Shown: piece after piece, positions 1 to 9,918 of the stretch | How the letters are laid out: every line of letters begins with the position of its first letter | Numbering within the stretch: the stretch's first letter is position 1 | From: an uncultured Gemmatimonadales bacterium | Lineage (GTDB): Bacteria; Gemmatimonadota; Gemmatimonadetes; Gemmatimonadales; Gemmatimonadaceae | Reading direction: 5' to 3' | DNA: 64,000 nt | Assembly (NCBI GenBank): GCA_963850905.1 | Contig: CAWKMU010000003.1 | Coordinates: 704,001 to 768,000 of the forward strand | Notes under the pieces: generated by a model | Seen by the model: only the letters and a program-made list of their open reading frames with translations | The model's database searches: none | Told to the model about the DNA's origin: nothing | Made by a program: the position numbers and the translations under genes

Positions 1-387
1 ATCACCGTCCGCACGACCCCGTGATCGTCAACGCCGTCACGCCGGCGGCGGACGACGCATGGTGTCGGCCGGCCACCCGCACGCACAGGGTCGCGCGCCA
101 CACCACCCACCCGGCCCTGGACCGGTAGGGGCGACGCATTGCGTCGCCCTGCATCACCGTCCGCACGACCCCGTGATCGTCAACGTCGTCATGCCGACGG
201 CGGACGACGCATGGTGTCGGCCGCCCACCCGCACGCACAGGGCTGCTGCACCACACCACGCACCTGGCCCTGGACCGGTAGGGGCGACGCATTGCGTCGC
301 CCTGCATCACCGTCCGCACGACCCCGTGATCGTCAACGTCGTCATGCCGAACGACGGGCGACGCAATGCGTCGCCCCTACCGGTCCA
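1..387 (+). repeat. 153-bp tandem REP-containing array left of RAYT, closed by an inverted REP
   Basis: Unit start ATCACCGTCCGCACG at 1, 153 and 306. REP GTAGGGGCGACGCATTGCGTCGCCC at 125-149 and 278-302, with a reverse-complement copy at 356-380 followed by CGGTCCA. Confidence 0.95.
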
Positions 388-428
388 ATGACGGTCCGGT
401 GACGAACACCGGACACCATCTAGGCCGA

Positions 429-1019
429 ATGACCCGACACACCCATCGAGACCGACGCCGACGCTCCGTCAGGTTGCCGGGGTACGATTACGCTTCGGCC
501 GGAATGTATTTCGTCACCATTTGCGCACATGAACGCGAGTGCCTGTTCGGTGAAGTGCAGGACGGGCTTGTTCGGCTAAGCAGCGTAGGAGAGGTCGTCG
601 CGTCGGCGTGGCGTTCTATGACGGAGCACATTGCGATGGCTTCTCTGGATGCGTGGGTGGTGATGCCAGATCACTTGCACGGCATTGTCGCCTTAGCCGG
701 CACGCCTCCTTCACGCCGGGTCGCACTGGCGGCTTGGCGAGCCACGCATGTCACACCAAGAGCTCAGGTACGACACAGGAAATGCCCGGCAGGTCCGCCT
801 GCCAGGTCGCTGGGAGCCATCATTGGCTCATTCAAATCGGTCACGACGAAACGAATTAACGTGCTGCGAGGGACACCCGGACTCCCCGTCTGGCAACGCG
901 GATACCACGAACACGTCATCGGCAATGCAGCGGCATTGTCCACGATCCGGCAATACATCGCGGAGAATCCACTGAGGTGGACGCTCAGGGCAGGTCGCCA
1001 AACCGCATTGCCGTCGTAG
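429..1019 (+). mobile_element. REP-associated tyrosine transposase (RAYT / TnpA-REP, IS200-like Y1 HUH nuclease)
   Basis: Motifs RRSVRLPGYDY, YFVTIC, VMPDHLHGIV (HUH), IIGSFKS, WQRGYHEHVI and YIAENP. Flanked on both sides by GTAG-REP arrays. ATG at 429 chosen because the upstream part of the ORF lies in the REP. Confidence 0.92.
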
Positions 1020-1325
1020 GGAGCGACGCAATACGTCGGTTGCCCACCCGTACGCACGGGGTCCGTCGCCACGCTACCCGCCTGGCCCTGGACCGGTAGG
1101 GGCGACGCATTGCGTCGCCCTACATCACCGTCCGCACGACCCCGTGATCGCCAACGTCGTCGTGCCGAACGGCGGACGGCGCATTGTGTCGGCCGCCCAC
1201 CCGCACGCACGGGGTCCGTCGCCACGCTATCCGTCTGGCCCTGGACCGGTAGGGGCGACGCATTGCGTCGCCCTACATCACCGTCCGCACGGCCCGTGAT
1301 CGTCCACGTTTGTCGTGCGACCGAC
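1016..1325 (+). repeat. 153-bp tandem REP array right of RAYT
   Basis: Degenerate REP at 1016. Full REPs at 1096-1120 and 1249-1273, each followed by TAC. Unit start ATCACCGTCCGCACG at 1124 and 1277. Confidence 0.93.
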
Positions 1326-1350
1326 TTGACCTGCAATGTAGCATTAGTCG

Positions 1351-1806
1351 ATGCGGCGGGCCCTCGTTGCGTTCGGCTGCCTGATGAGCAGCGCCTGCAC
1401 ACACCACCTGCAGCCGGCGCCGGCATCTCCGCACTGTGTCGCCGACGTGCTGTACTTCGGCCGCAACATTGCAGGTGCGGCTCGCCCTGACAGCGCCGTG
1501 GTATCGCAGAGTGACTGGCGAGCATTTGTCGACGACGCCTTTCGCCGCTGGATTCCGACGGGGTCGACCGAAACCGATGCAACGGGACGCTACGTTGTCG
1601 ACAATGCGTCGGTCGCCGAATCGACGAAGGTCGTGACGGTCGTTCACCTGGCTATACCAGCTCTCGATGCGGGTATCGACTCCGTGATGGTCCTGTATCG
1701 GCGCCGGTTCAAGCAGGAGAGCGTGGGTCGAGTGCAGTCCGACGTGCGGTCGACGCTCTGCGAGTCGAAGCAACCAGTCGCTGCGCCGCCCGATCCGGCC
1801 AGTTGA
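1351..1806 (+). CDS. DUF3574-like lipoprotein
   Basis: Lipobox-like MSSAC; LYFGRN, VSQSDWRAFVDD and YRRRFKQESV resemble DUF3574. Confidence 0.7.
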   Translation: MRRALVAFGCLMSSACTHHLQPAPASPHCVADVLYFGRNIAGAARPDSAVVSQSDWRAFVDDAFRRWIPTGSTETDATGRYVVDNASVAESTKVVTVVHLAIPALDAGIDSVMVLYRRRFKQESVGRVQSDVRSTLCESKQPVAAPPDPAS

Positions 1807-2148
1807 GTAGCGACCGCCGCCCGCTTCGTTGTCCGCTGGCGCTTGTCGGGGTGGGGCCGTTAGCCAACCTGGGCGCCGTCGCCGTCGTGCCGTTCCCAAC
1901 TCTCACATCCCGGTTTTGCCTTTCCCACGCGGATCCAGTCAGTACCAGCGCTAAGAATTGTTTCCGCCACTCGCGCCCGGTTGCGCCAGCCGTATTGTTC
2001 AGCCCGCGCATACTGTTGAGCTTCAACCCTCGCAATCTAGAGCTCGCCGATCGCCACCAACGTTCGACCATCACTGCCGAGGACGGAAGTCGTACGTCGG
2101 CAGGTCGCGGTACCCCAGGCCGTCGGATTCCCATTCTCGGTCGGAAGC

Positions 2149-2865
2149 GTGGCGATCGTGTTGGGACTCGCCGCGTTTTGGGTATGCAATCTCGTGGCGA
2201 TCCGACTGTATCCGACTGAATTCGATTGGCGGTACATGCCGCTCACGGGCCTGCTCTCGCCGCGCGACGATCCGGGCGGAGAGGCGTGGGCCAAGGCCGC
2301 CGTCGTGCTGTGCGGGCTCTCGGTCGTCATTTGGTCACTGGGCCTAGTCAGGGGATGGAGCCGCTCGGTCCTCGCCAGACGCCCTGTCGGTCTCTACGAG
2401 CTCGGCATTGGTGGAGCGATGATGGCGTGTGCGGGGCTGCTGCCCCTCAAGATCCCCGGGCTGCCGTTCGAGCATCAGATCACGTCGACGTTCGCGTTTG
2501 CGGGTCTCAGCGCCGGACTCGCCCGCCTGATGTTTCAGCTCGCCCACTCGAGTGTCGAGCGGAATACGCGAATCTCGCCACTCCAGCGGACTGCGTATGC
2601 GATGTTGTCGGCCGGCGTGATCATCATTCCGATCGTCATCGCCCTGTTCGCGGACGCCTACGTGTTTCACATGTACAAGCAGCTCCACTGGGTGGGGCTG
2701 GTATGGCGAGACCAGGGCGTCCCCGTCTACCTCAGCTGGTCGCTCTGGGAATGGATCACACTCGCGATTCTCTCGTTGAGCCTTGCCGGCCTCGCCGTCG
2801 CGGGCGACATCCGCGCAATGCGTGAGCGCCGCCCACCCGAGCTCCGAGTGTCCGCCGGCGATTAG
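2149..2865 (+). CDS. Hypothetical integral membrane protein (start uncertain)
   Basis: About 6 hydrophobic segments; stop overlaps the convergent gene. Confidence 0.65.
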   Translation: MAIVLGLAAFWVCNLVAIRLYPTEFDWRYMPLTGLLSPRDDPGGEAWAKAAVVLCGLSVVIWSLGLVRGWSRSVLARRPVGLYELGIGGAMMACAGLLPLKIPGLPFEHQITSTFAFAGLSAGLARLMFQLAHSSVERNTRISPLQRTAYAMLSAGVIIIPIVIALFADAYVFHMYKQLHWVGLVWRDQGVPVYLSWSLWEWITLAILSLSLAGLAVAGDIRAMRERRPPELRVSAGD

Positions 2866-4031
2866 TGCGACGCCATCCGCATCCCGCTCATGTCCGGCGG
2901 TGCACCAATCCCGAACGACTCGATCATGTCCTGCACATAGGCGTCGTTCGTCGGATCGACGACCGGCCAGCGATCGGGATGGTCCGGGATGAACATGCCT
3001 CCAATGACTCCCATCCCGCCGGCCGGAATCACGTGCCCGGTCGGATTGTCGTAGGAGGCCGTCAGCCGATAACGGTGCCCGGGTGTGATGTGCAAACCGA
3101 GTCGATGCCAGTTGTAGAACATCGTGATCGGCAGGTTGAGCACATGTCCGGCAGAGTCACGTTGCGGGACGACGTGCCAGAGGACCTCGCCGGTCGTGGC
3201 GTCCATGAAATCGAGCGCAGTGCCGTAGTCGTGCAGATGACCACCGAGGCCGACGATCGTGCCAGGGATGGTGGGACTCCCTTCGATACTCTTGGATGAC
3301 CGCCCCGGGGGCAGGTCGAATGATTTGAGGCTGTACGCCCGCCTGCCGACGGCGGCCAGCACATCGAGCGTCATCGGGAAACCACGAAAGAGCGGGAAGA
3401 GGGAGCCAAACATCCCCCCCGTGGGCCGGCAGCCGAACTCGAGCCGAGCGCGCACGCCTGGGTAAGCCGCCACGTTGGGATTGTGGAGCATGTCCCAGGC
3501 GATCAGTCGAGAGCCTTTCGAGATGGGCAACCCAAAGACGAGACGCGGCAACACCATCGCCGGCGTCTCCTTGCTGACGGCAAGGATGTGCAGCGCGAAC
3601 GGGATGAACAGGTCGCGGTGATCGGGGTCCGTCAGATCGAAGTGGTGCAGGAAGGTCTGCGGGAGCTGTTCCCCGTGTGCACCCACGACGACCGCTCGCG
3701 CGCTGTACGCCGTGCAGCTGGCCGGCATGACAGCCAGATAGATTGGCGAGGAGACCATTCCCTCCATCTGAGAGGTGGCCGCGGGCAGGTCAGTCGGCGG
3801 CAACTCGATCGTCAGGAGCTCACGGTCGGCGTCATAGGCGACCTTGGCCGGAACGAGCGACGCGATCGAGGGGATCGCGACGGCGCGGGCCGGGACAGCA
3901 GTCGTCTGCGCCTCGACTCGAACCCCCGCCGACACGACGAGGGCGGTCAATGCGACGACGGCGGCAACGCACACGCACCTCGGCGGCCGCCTGCACTCGA
4001 TCGGATGGACCTCATGGAACCTGACACGCAT
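2862..4031 (-). CDS. Secreted protein with copper type II (PHM/DBM-like) ligand pattern; start uncertain
   Basis: Signal peptide ending VEA-Q; motifs FLHHF, MLHN, GGHLH and YDNPT..GGMG. Confidence 0.6.
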   Translation of the reverse strand: MRVRFHEVHPIECRRPPRCVCVAAVVALTALVVSAGVRVEAQTTAVPARAVAIPSIASLVPAKVAYDADRELLTIELPPTDLPAATSQMEGMVSSPIYLAVMPASCTAYSARAVVVGAHGEQLPQTFLHHFDLTDPDHRDLFIPFALHILAVSKETPAMVLPRLVFGLPISKGSRLIAWDMLHNPNVAAYPGVRARLEFGCRPTGGMFGSLFPLFRGFPMTLDVLAAVGRRAYSLKSFDLPPGRSSKSIEGSPTIPGTIVGLGGHLHDYGTALDFMDATTGEVLWHVVPQRDSAGHVLNLPITMFYNWHRLGLHITPGHRYRLTASYDNPTGHVIPAGGMGVIGGMFIPDHPDRWPVVDPTNDAYVQDMIESFGIGAPPDMSGMRMASH

Positions 4032-4149
4032 GGGGCGGGCTCCGCGTGTGCGCTGACGTCGGTGCGCTCCAGTAGACCGCATCAAGTTAGCACGTTACTG
4101 GGGAGGCTGCCTCCCGCGCCATCTCTCGGGCGCTTTAGCGCCCGCCCAG

Positions 4150-5698
4150 TCACCCGGTTCCCGAGCAGGCCTGTTGCACGTCGCTCAATGGCGCTCCTGT
4201 GCTGTCGCCGGTTGAGAGCGGATGGTCGTACAGCCGCACCTGCACGAAATGGAAGGCGAGCGAGTCCATCGTAGCGAACCGCCGACGGAGATAGTCGTCC
4301 ACGGCGTCTTGGCACCTGGTGGTCGCATTGTGACTGAGTACGACCCACACGCGCGTGGCATGAGCCCGAACCGCCGCGGCCGTCTCCACGGGCGTGCGCC
4401 AGGCAGGCAACTCGATCGGCGGCGCGGTGGGGCTGGCGACGGGCTCATCGAGCCGACGATACAGATCGAACGGGGCTCTGACGTAGGAAGCGACAAACAC
4501 CACGTAGTCGCCCGGTCGCGCGTGGCTCAGCACGTACGCCGTCGTGCGGCGCCAATCTTCATTCTCCAGTCCGCGGTAGTACCAGCTCAGGCTCCGCACC
4601 TGGGCGGCGACCAAGAGAGCGAATACAGCCCACGCGTAACGCCGCCGCCACAGTCGTGTGAGCGCTCCGGCTGCGAGGAGAACGAGCGGCGGCAGGCAAA
4701 TCGCCAGGTATCGAGGTTCGACGACGGGACGGAGCGCGAGCGACACACAGATCGGGATTGCCAGCGGCACGAAGAACCAGACGAGCGGCAGCGCCCATCG
4801 CCACGACGCGTCCGGTACCTCGCGGCGCCGCCACGATCCGAGTACCGTGACCGGGCCGGCGAAGAAGAGCACGCACAGTTCCAGCAGTCCCTGGCTCAAT
4901 GTCGGGTCGATGATCGACTGGCCAACCACCTGCAACCTGGCAGCAAGCCCGCTACCTCCGTACGAGATCCAGTCGAGGTTGTGATGGGGCTGCGCCACGA
5001 ACAGCGCGAGCGGCCATAACAATCCGGCGAACGCAACGCCGCATGCAACCACGACGCGGGTCGGCACGCGAGCAATTACCGGCGCCTCGCTCGAAGCGGG
5101 CCGCCATTCAGGCATGGGCACGAACAGCAGGACAATCCCCTGGGCCGCCACCACCAGCGCCGCGTAGAAGTGAGCGTACACCGAGAGTGTTGCGGCCACG
5201 ACATAGAGCGCCCAGGCCACAATGGCGCCGCGACCCGGCCGCTGTGCGGCTGCGCGGAGCAGCAGCCACCACGACATCGTCGTCAGGAGGACGACCAGCG
5301 CATAGCCACGCGCTTCCTGCGATGCCCAGACGTGGGCGGTGTTCAAGGCAAGTATGGCGCACGCCACGAGCGCCGTCGTCCGGTCGAAGAGGCGCACGCC
5401 AGTGAGGTACATCGCCGGGAGAGTCAGCACGCCCGCGGCGCACGACAGGAGTCGCACCCACGCCTCCCCTTCTCCACCAATGCGCACCCACCCGCGAAGC
5501 AGCTCGTAGTACAGCACCATGTTGGCTTCGCTTGATCGCATCATGTGCGTGAATGCGGCCCAGGACATTCGGGCCATGCTCAACGACAGCGCTTCGTCGA
5601 GCCAATAGCTTTGCGCTGCCAGAATGGTGCAGGCGGAGCACCGCTGCGACGCCACACAAGAGCCCTAGGATCGCCAGCGGCCGCCCGATCGTTCGCAT
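4150..5698 (-). CDS. Membrane glycosyltransferase GT-C (family 39/ArnT-like), frameshift near 5622
   Basis: SYWLDEA, SQEARGYAL and YAHFY motifs with many TM helices. The N-terminus MRTIGRPLAILGLL lies in the adjacent frame starting at 5698. Confidence 0.85.
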
Positions 5699-5889
5699 GG
5701 AAATGACTCAGTGCCTCGCACGTAAGGATCACACAGTCGGCAGCCAGCCGCCGTCACCGTGTGCTCGCGATGATGGCGCTTGCCTCCAGGAGCAATTACA
5801 CCAACATTTGCGAGCCCTGGAGCGCTCGAACCTCCTCTTTTAGCGCTCTACTCTCCGCGCTTGGCCGCCAGGCGGCCACAGGCCAACCT

Positions 5890-6468
5890 ATGACGGCCAC
5901 CGACACGACAGCGCTTGCGTTCCCCTTTACAATGACGCAACGCGATCGGTACCGCGTCCAGCGCGCTCTGTCGCGGCGATCGCGAGGGGCCCGGATATAC
6001 CAGTGGAGCTGCGTCCTGCTGGCAGCGCTCACACAGGTGATCGCGATCCTTCGTGCCTCCCGCCACCACGCGTCCATCGCCCTGGCCATCGCGGAGTGGG
6101 CACCGTATACGGTGTTCCTGATGCTGTGGGGTTTTGCGCTCATCCCCTTTTCCCAGTGGATCGCGGCCCGCCGACACATGAAAGTGCCGGCCATCCGCGG
6201 CGAGTGGACCTTCGAGATTCGGTCCGAGGGGCTCACCGCGCGCGGGCCGATGACGACGACGACGGTGAGCTGGGACGCGATTGAACGCGTGGTAGAGACC
6301 CCCGAATTCCTGTTGTTCTACTACGCGAAGAACTGCGCGTACTTCCTGCCGACACACGCGATTGCGACTGAGGCGGATATGCATGCGGTCCGCCTGATCG
6401 TCAGTGCCCACATGCCCGACCGCGTCCAATGGCGAGAGGAGCCGGCGGCCGAGGCGAGCGTGTGCTGA
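5890..6468 (+). CDS. YcxB-like membrane protein
   Basis: Two TM segments followed by WDAIERVVETPEFLLFY...YFLP. Confidence 0.75.
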   Translation: MTATDTTALAFPFTMTQRDRYRVQRALSRRSRGARIYQWSCVLLAALTQVIAILRASRHHASIALAIAEWAPYTVFLMLWGFALIPFSQWIAARRHMKVPAIRGEWTFEIRSEGLTARGPMTTTTVSWDAIERVVETPEFLLFYYAKNCAYFLPTHAIATEADMHAVRLIVSAHMPDRVQWREEPAAEASVC

Positions 6469-6544
6469 GCGTGCACTCGACGCCGATTCGAGCCGTCAGG
6501 ACGACAGCCGGTGCCCGTGGCCACGACATCCGCATGGCGTCTTG

Positions 6545-7018
6545 TCAGAGCCAGCGCCGCACCTGCTTTGTGTATGCGAGATACGGCGCGCCGAACTTCT
6601 GTTCGAGGTACCGCTCCTCACGCGCAATCACGACGCGGTGGGTCACGACTGCGGCCGCGACCGCCGTGAGCACCGGCCACAGCGTGTGGGCAGCCAGCCC
6701 GATCCCCGCGGTGGCCAGCGTCAGGCCCACGTACATCGGATTCCGCGTGAACCGGTAGGGACCGCGCAGCACCAGTGTCGTCGTCGGACGTGTCGGATTC
6801 GGCGTGGTACCGGCCCGGAAGAACAACGCGACGGAGCTCGCCATGAGGGACAGGCCGGCGGCGATGAGCGCATACCCAAGCCAGCCGCCGCCGGAACGCC
6901 AACTCGCGCCGACTGACAGCGGGGCCAGCCACTGCAGGAGCAGCCCCACGGCGACCGCGACCAGATAGATCGCCGGGGGAAACACCGGGACGTGCGCACT
7001 GTCGTCGGATGCTGGCAT
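6545..7018 (-). CDS. Isoprenylcysteine carboxylmethyltransferase / PEMT family protein
   Basis: GPYRFTRNPMYVG and REERYLEQKFGAPYLAY motifs. Confidence 0.9.
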   Translation of the reverse strand: MPASDDSAHVPVFPPAIYLVAVAVGLLLQWLAPLSVGASWRSGGGWLGYALIAAGLSLMASSVALFFRAGTTPNPTRPTTTLVLRGPYRFTRNPMYVGLTLATAGIGLAAHTLWPVLTAVAAAVVTHRVVIAREERYLEQKFGAPYLAYTKQVRRWL

Positions 7019-7040
7019 CTGGGCCTCGCGTTGCGCGTGG

Positions 7041-8408
7041 TCAATGGCCCGCGCTGTTGACGTACACGGTTCCCTCTTTCATCACGAAGCGCACGCGCTC
7101 GAGCGCTTTGATGTCGGTCGTCGGATCATCGGCCACGGCCAGGAAATCGGCCAATGCGCCCTTTTTGATCACGCCGAGTTTGCCCTCACGTCCGAGGAGT
7201 CGCGCCGCATTCGCAGTCGCCGCCTGCAGGACCTGCACGAGCGGCATCCCGGCTTCGGCGTAGGCGTACAGGTTGTGCTTCGCCGCCGCGCCTTGTGGCA
7301 TGTGGAGGTCGAGGTAGTTGTCGGAGCCCGCGGCGATCGGTACGCCCGCCTTCATCGCCCGCCGGAGCCGGTCGTGCTCCGATTCCAGGAACTTTCCTAG
7401 CTGTGCCGATGTCGGTCGGTTGCCAGATGGGTCGAGTAGTGACATGTACCGATTCAGCGTCGCACTATCGAGATCGGTCGGGACGAGAAACGTGCCCTTG
7501 CGCGCCATCAGCGCGAGGGTCGAGTCGGCGACCTGATAGGCGTGCTCCACACTCGTGACGCCGGCCGTCGTGGCACGCCACACCGCGTCATCCAATGTCG
7601 CATGAGCGGCGACGCGCAGCCCGAGAAGTTGGGCCTCCCGGACGATCGCCTGCATCTCTTCGAGCGATAGGAAGCCGCGATTGGGGGTGTTGTTCGAGTA
7701 GATCTTGATGACCTGCGCACCGTAGTTCGCGTTCTCCGCCACGGCTTGCGCCGCATCATCCGGGCTCCGCACAATGCGGTACTCTTCCTCTGCGATCCCG
7801 TGGTAGCCCTGTTGCAAGCCAGGAAACTGTCCGCCCTCGGAGGCGAGGCCCGGCCCTGCCGTGATCATGCGTGGGCCGTCGACGCTGCCGTCCTCGATGG
7901 CCGTGCGCAGCGCCACGTCGCCGAACTGCCCGGAATTGCCCACGTCCCGTACCGTCGTGATGCCCGCGGCCAGGAAGGTTCGGGCTCGCGCCGCACCATG
8001 GAGCGCGCGCAGTGGCGTCCCCTCCATGATGACGGCTTTGGTGCCCTCCATCGTGAGCCCGGGCCCCACCCCTTCGAGGTACAGCAGATGCGTATGGACG
8101 TCGATCAGCCCGGGCAGCAGGGAGAGTCCGTGGAGGTCGATCACGTGCGCACCGGCGGGCGCGACCAGGTGCGGCGCAACCGAATCGATCACGCCATGCC
8201 GTACGAGAATGTCCTCCGGCCCCGACATCGTGCCGTGCTCGCTGTCGAACACCCGGCTCGCATGAATGAGCGTCGCGCCGGTGTCGCGCGGTGTTTGGGC
8301 AACCAGCGGTGCGGCGGCGCTCACCAAGCCAGTCAGCAACACAACGAAACCCGCGGCGAAGTGAGCCGAGGATGGAGGGAAGAACCAGTGCTTGGACGTC
8401 AGAGTCAT
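7041..8408 (-). CDS. Secreted amidohydrolase (metal-dependent, Xaa-Pro dipeptidase-like)
   Basis: LPGLIDVHTH, GITTVRDVG, VAAHA, EHA and AGSD motifs; signal peptide. Confidence 0.9.
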   Translation of the reverse strand: MTLTSKHWFFPPSSAHFAAGFVVLLTGLVSAAAPLVAQTPRDTGATLIHASRVFDSEHGTMSGPEDILVRHGVIDSVAPHLVAPAGAHVIDLHGLSLLPGLIDVHTHLLYLEGVGPGLTMEGTKAVIMEGTPLRALHGAARARTFLAAGITTVRDVGNSGQFGDVALRTAIEDGSVDGPRMITAGPGLASEGGQFPGLQQGYHGIAEEEYRIVRSPDDAAQAVAENANYGAQVIKIYSNNTPNRGFLSLEEMQAIVREAQLLGLRVAAHATLDDAVWRATTAGVTSVEHAYQVADSTLALMARKGTFLVPTDLDSATLNRYMSLLDPSGNRPTSAQLGKFLESEHDRLRRAMKAGVPIAAGSDNYLDLHMPQGAAAKHNLYAYAEAGMPLVQVLQAATANAARLLGREGKLGVIKKGALADFLAVADDPTTDIKALERVRFVMKEGTVYVNSAGH

Positions 8409-8498
8409 CGGCGAATGCGTCGGGAAGAAGACGGGATTGTGAGCCGCGCGAGCACGGCAGGACCAACGGATGGAGAAAATAGCGGCCGCGCTACTTGC

Positions 8499-9911
8499 TC
8501 ATGGCGCCGGCAACAACTGCGCGCGCGTATACACGGCCCCACCCCGGATCACGAGCCGCACTCGGCGAGCGTTCGCGATGTCGGCGGTCGGGTCAGCGTC
8601 GAAGACTACGGCGTCGGCAAGCTTGTTCGCCTCGAGCGACCCTAGCTCGTGGTCTCGACCCATCGCGCGTGCTCCGCCGATCGTCGCCGACGCGAACACC
8701 GCCGCGGCGGTCATGCCGGCCGCCTGCATGGCCTCCATCTCGGCGTACACGCTTGGGCCGGCCGCTGTCCCTGGATTCCCCGCGTCTGTCCCCATGGCGA
8801 TCGGTATGCCGGCCGCGACGAGCGCCGCGAGGTTGTGCGCACTCCGGACCGGCGTCGCGGCCAGCCGATCGAGGCGCGCGGCCGGTGGGCGCATGCTGTC
8901 GGGAAGCGCACTCTCCAGGTGGGCGCGCGTGGTGCGATCCACGCAGTCCAGCGGGTAACGCGCCGCGGGTGACCGGCCGCGAAACACATCCTCGTAGCCA
9001 TAGAGTACGGTGAGCGTCGGGATGACCATCGCACCGTTCTTCTTTGCCAGCGCGATGAACTCGCTGTCGACCGGTGCGTCGTCCACGTTGTGGACCAGCA
9101 CATGCGCCCCGGCGGCGAGCGCCTCCTTGGCGCGCGCCAGCTCGGTCGCGTGCACGATCATCGGCAGCCCCACCCGTCGCGCTTCCTCGCCCACGACGGT
9201 CAGACGGTGCTGCATCGTCCCCTGTATCGAGTCGGGCACCTGGATGTACCAGACCTTGATGGCGGACGCTCCCATGCGCGCGAGCGCACGCACGCCCGTG
9301 CGCGCGGCGGAGTCGCTGCTCATGTACACGAACTGGCGCTCGAACGGCAGGTTGAGCCAGAAATCGATCGTCGACATCAACGGACCCGCGGCGCGCATGC
9401 GAGGCGCCGTCGTCATGTCCTCGTGCCGGCGTGCCATGGACAGCGTCCACGGATAGCCGCCGACGTCGAACACGCTCGTCACGCCCGAGCAGAGATAGGC
9501 GCGATCGAACCGCTCCGGATGGTCCCGCAGCGACGCGACGACCGAGTCGTAGGGATAGCGCGCGCGCAGGTCGCCCGCGTCCGGCCGCCCGTCCACCCAT
9601 CCGGTCTGCGAGTAGTGGACGTGTGCATCGATGAGCCCCGGCCCGATGAAGCCACCCGCTGCATCCCGCACGGTAGCGCCCGCGGGAATCGCGCAGGTCG
9701 CACGCCCCCCAGCGCAGGAGACACGCCCATCCTTGAACACCACGACCGCATCCGGTACAGGCGGGGCATTGGGATTGATGAGCGTGGCGCGCACGATCGC
9801 CACTGCGGGTGGCGGCGCGGATGCCATCGACGCGCGGGGCGGGGCCCACGCCGACGTGAGCGCGAGCACCGCGATCGGTCCGATCAGGAGACGAACGTGG
9901 GAGGATGTCAT
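8499..9911 (-). CDS. Secreted amidohydrolase family protein
   Basis: PGLIDAHVH, GVTSVFDVG, IVHA, LVH and MGTDAG motifs. Confidence 0.9.
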   Translation of the reverse strand: MTSSHVRLLIGPIAVLALTSAWAPPRASMASAPPPAVAIVRATLINPNAPPVPDAVVVFKDGRVSCAGGRATCAIPAGATVRDAAGGFIGPGLIDAHVHYSQTGWVDGRPDAGDLRARYPYDSVVASLRDHPERFDRAYLCSGVTSVFDVGGYPWTLSMARRHEDMTTAPRMRAAGPLMSTIDFWLNLPFERQFVYMSSDSAARTGVRALARMGASAIKVWYIQVPDSIQGTMQHRLTVVGEEARRVGLPMIVHATELARAKEALAAGAHVLVHNVDDAPVDSEFIALAKKNGAMVIPTLTVLYGYEDVFRGRSPAARYPLDCVDRTTRAHLESALPDSMRPPAARLDRLAATPVRSAHNLAALVAAGIPIAMGTDAGNPGTAAGPSVYAEMEAMQAAGMTAAAVFASATIGGARAMGRDHELGSLEANKLADAVVFDADPTADIANARRVRLVIRGGAVYTRAQLLPAP

Positions 9912-9918
9912 GAGCGGA

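Noticed and set aside
2..402. Short repetitive ORFs such as MRRPYRS / VGATHCVA here and at other intergenic sites
   Set aside because: They are translations of the REP and heptamer repeats, with no RBS or coding evidence.
1..1325. Regularly spaced palindromic repeats suggesting a CRISPR array
   Set aside because: The sequences between repeats are about 128 bp and homologous to each other rather than unique spacers. No cas genes are present, and the adjacent gene is a RAYT.
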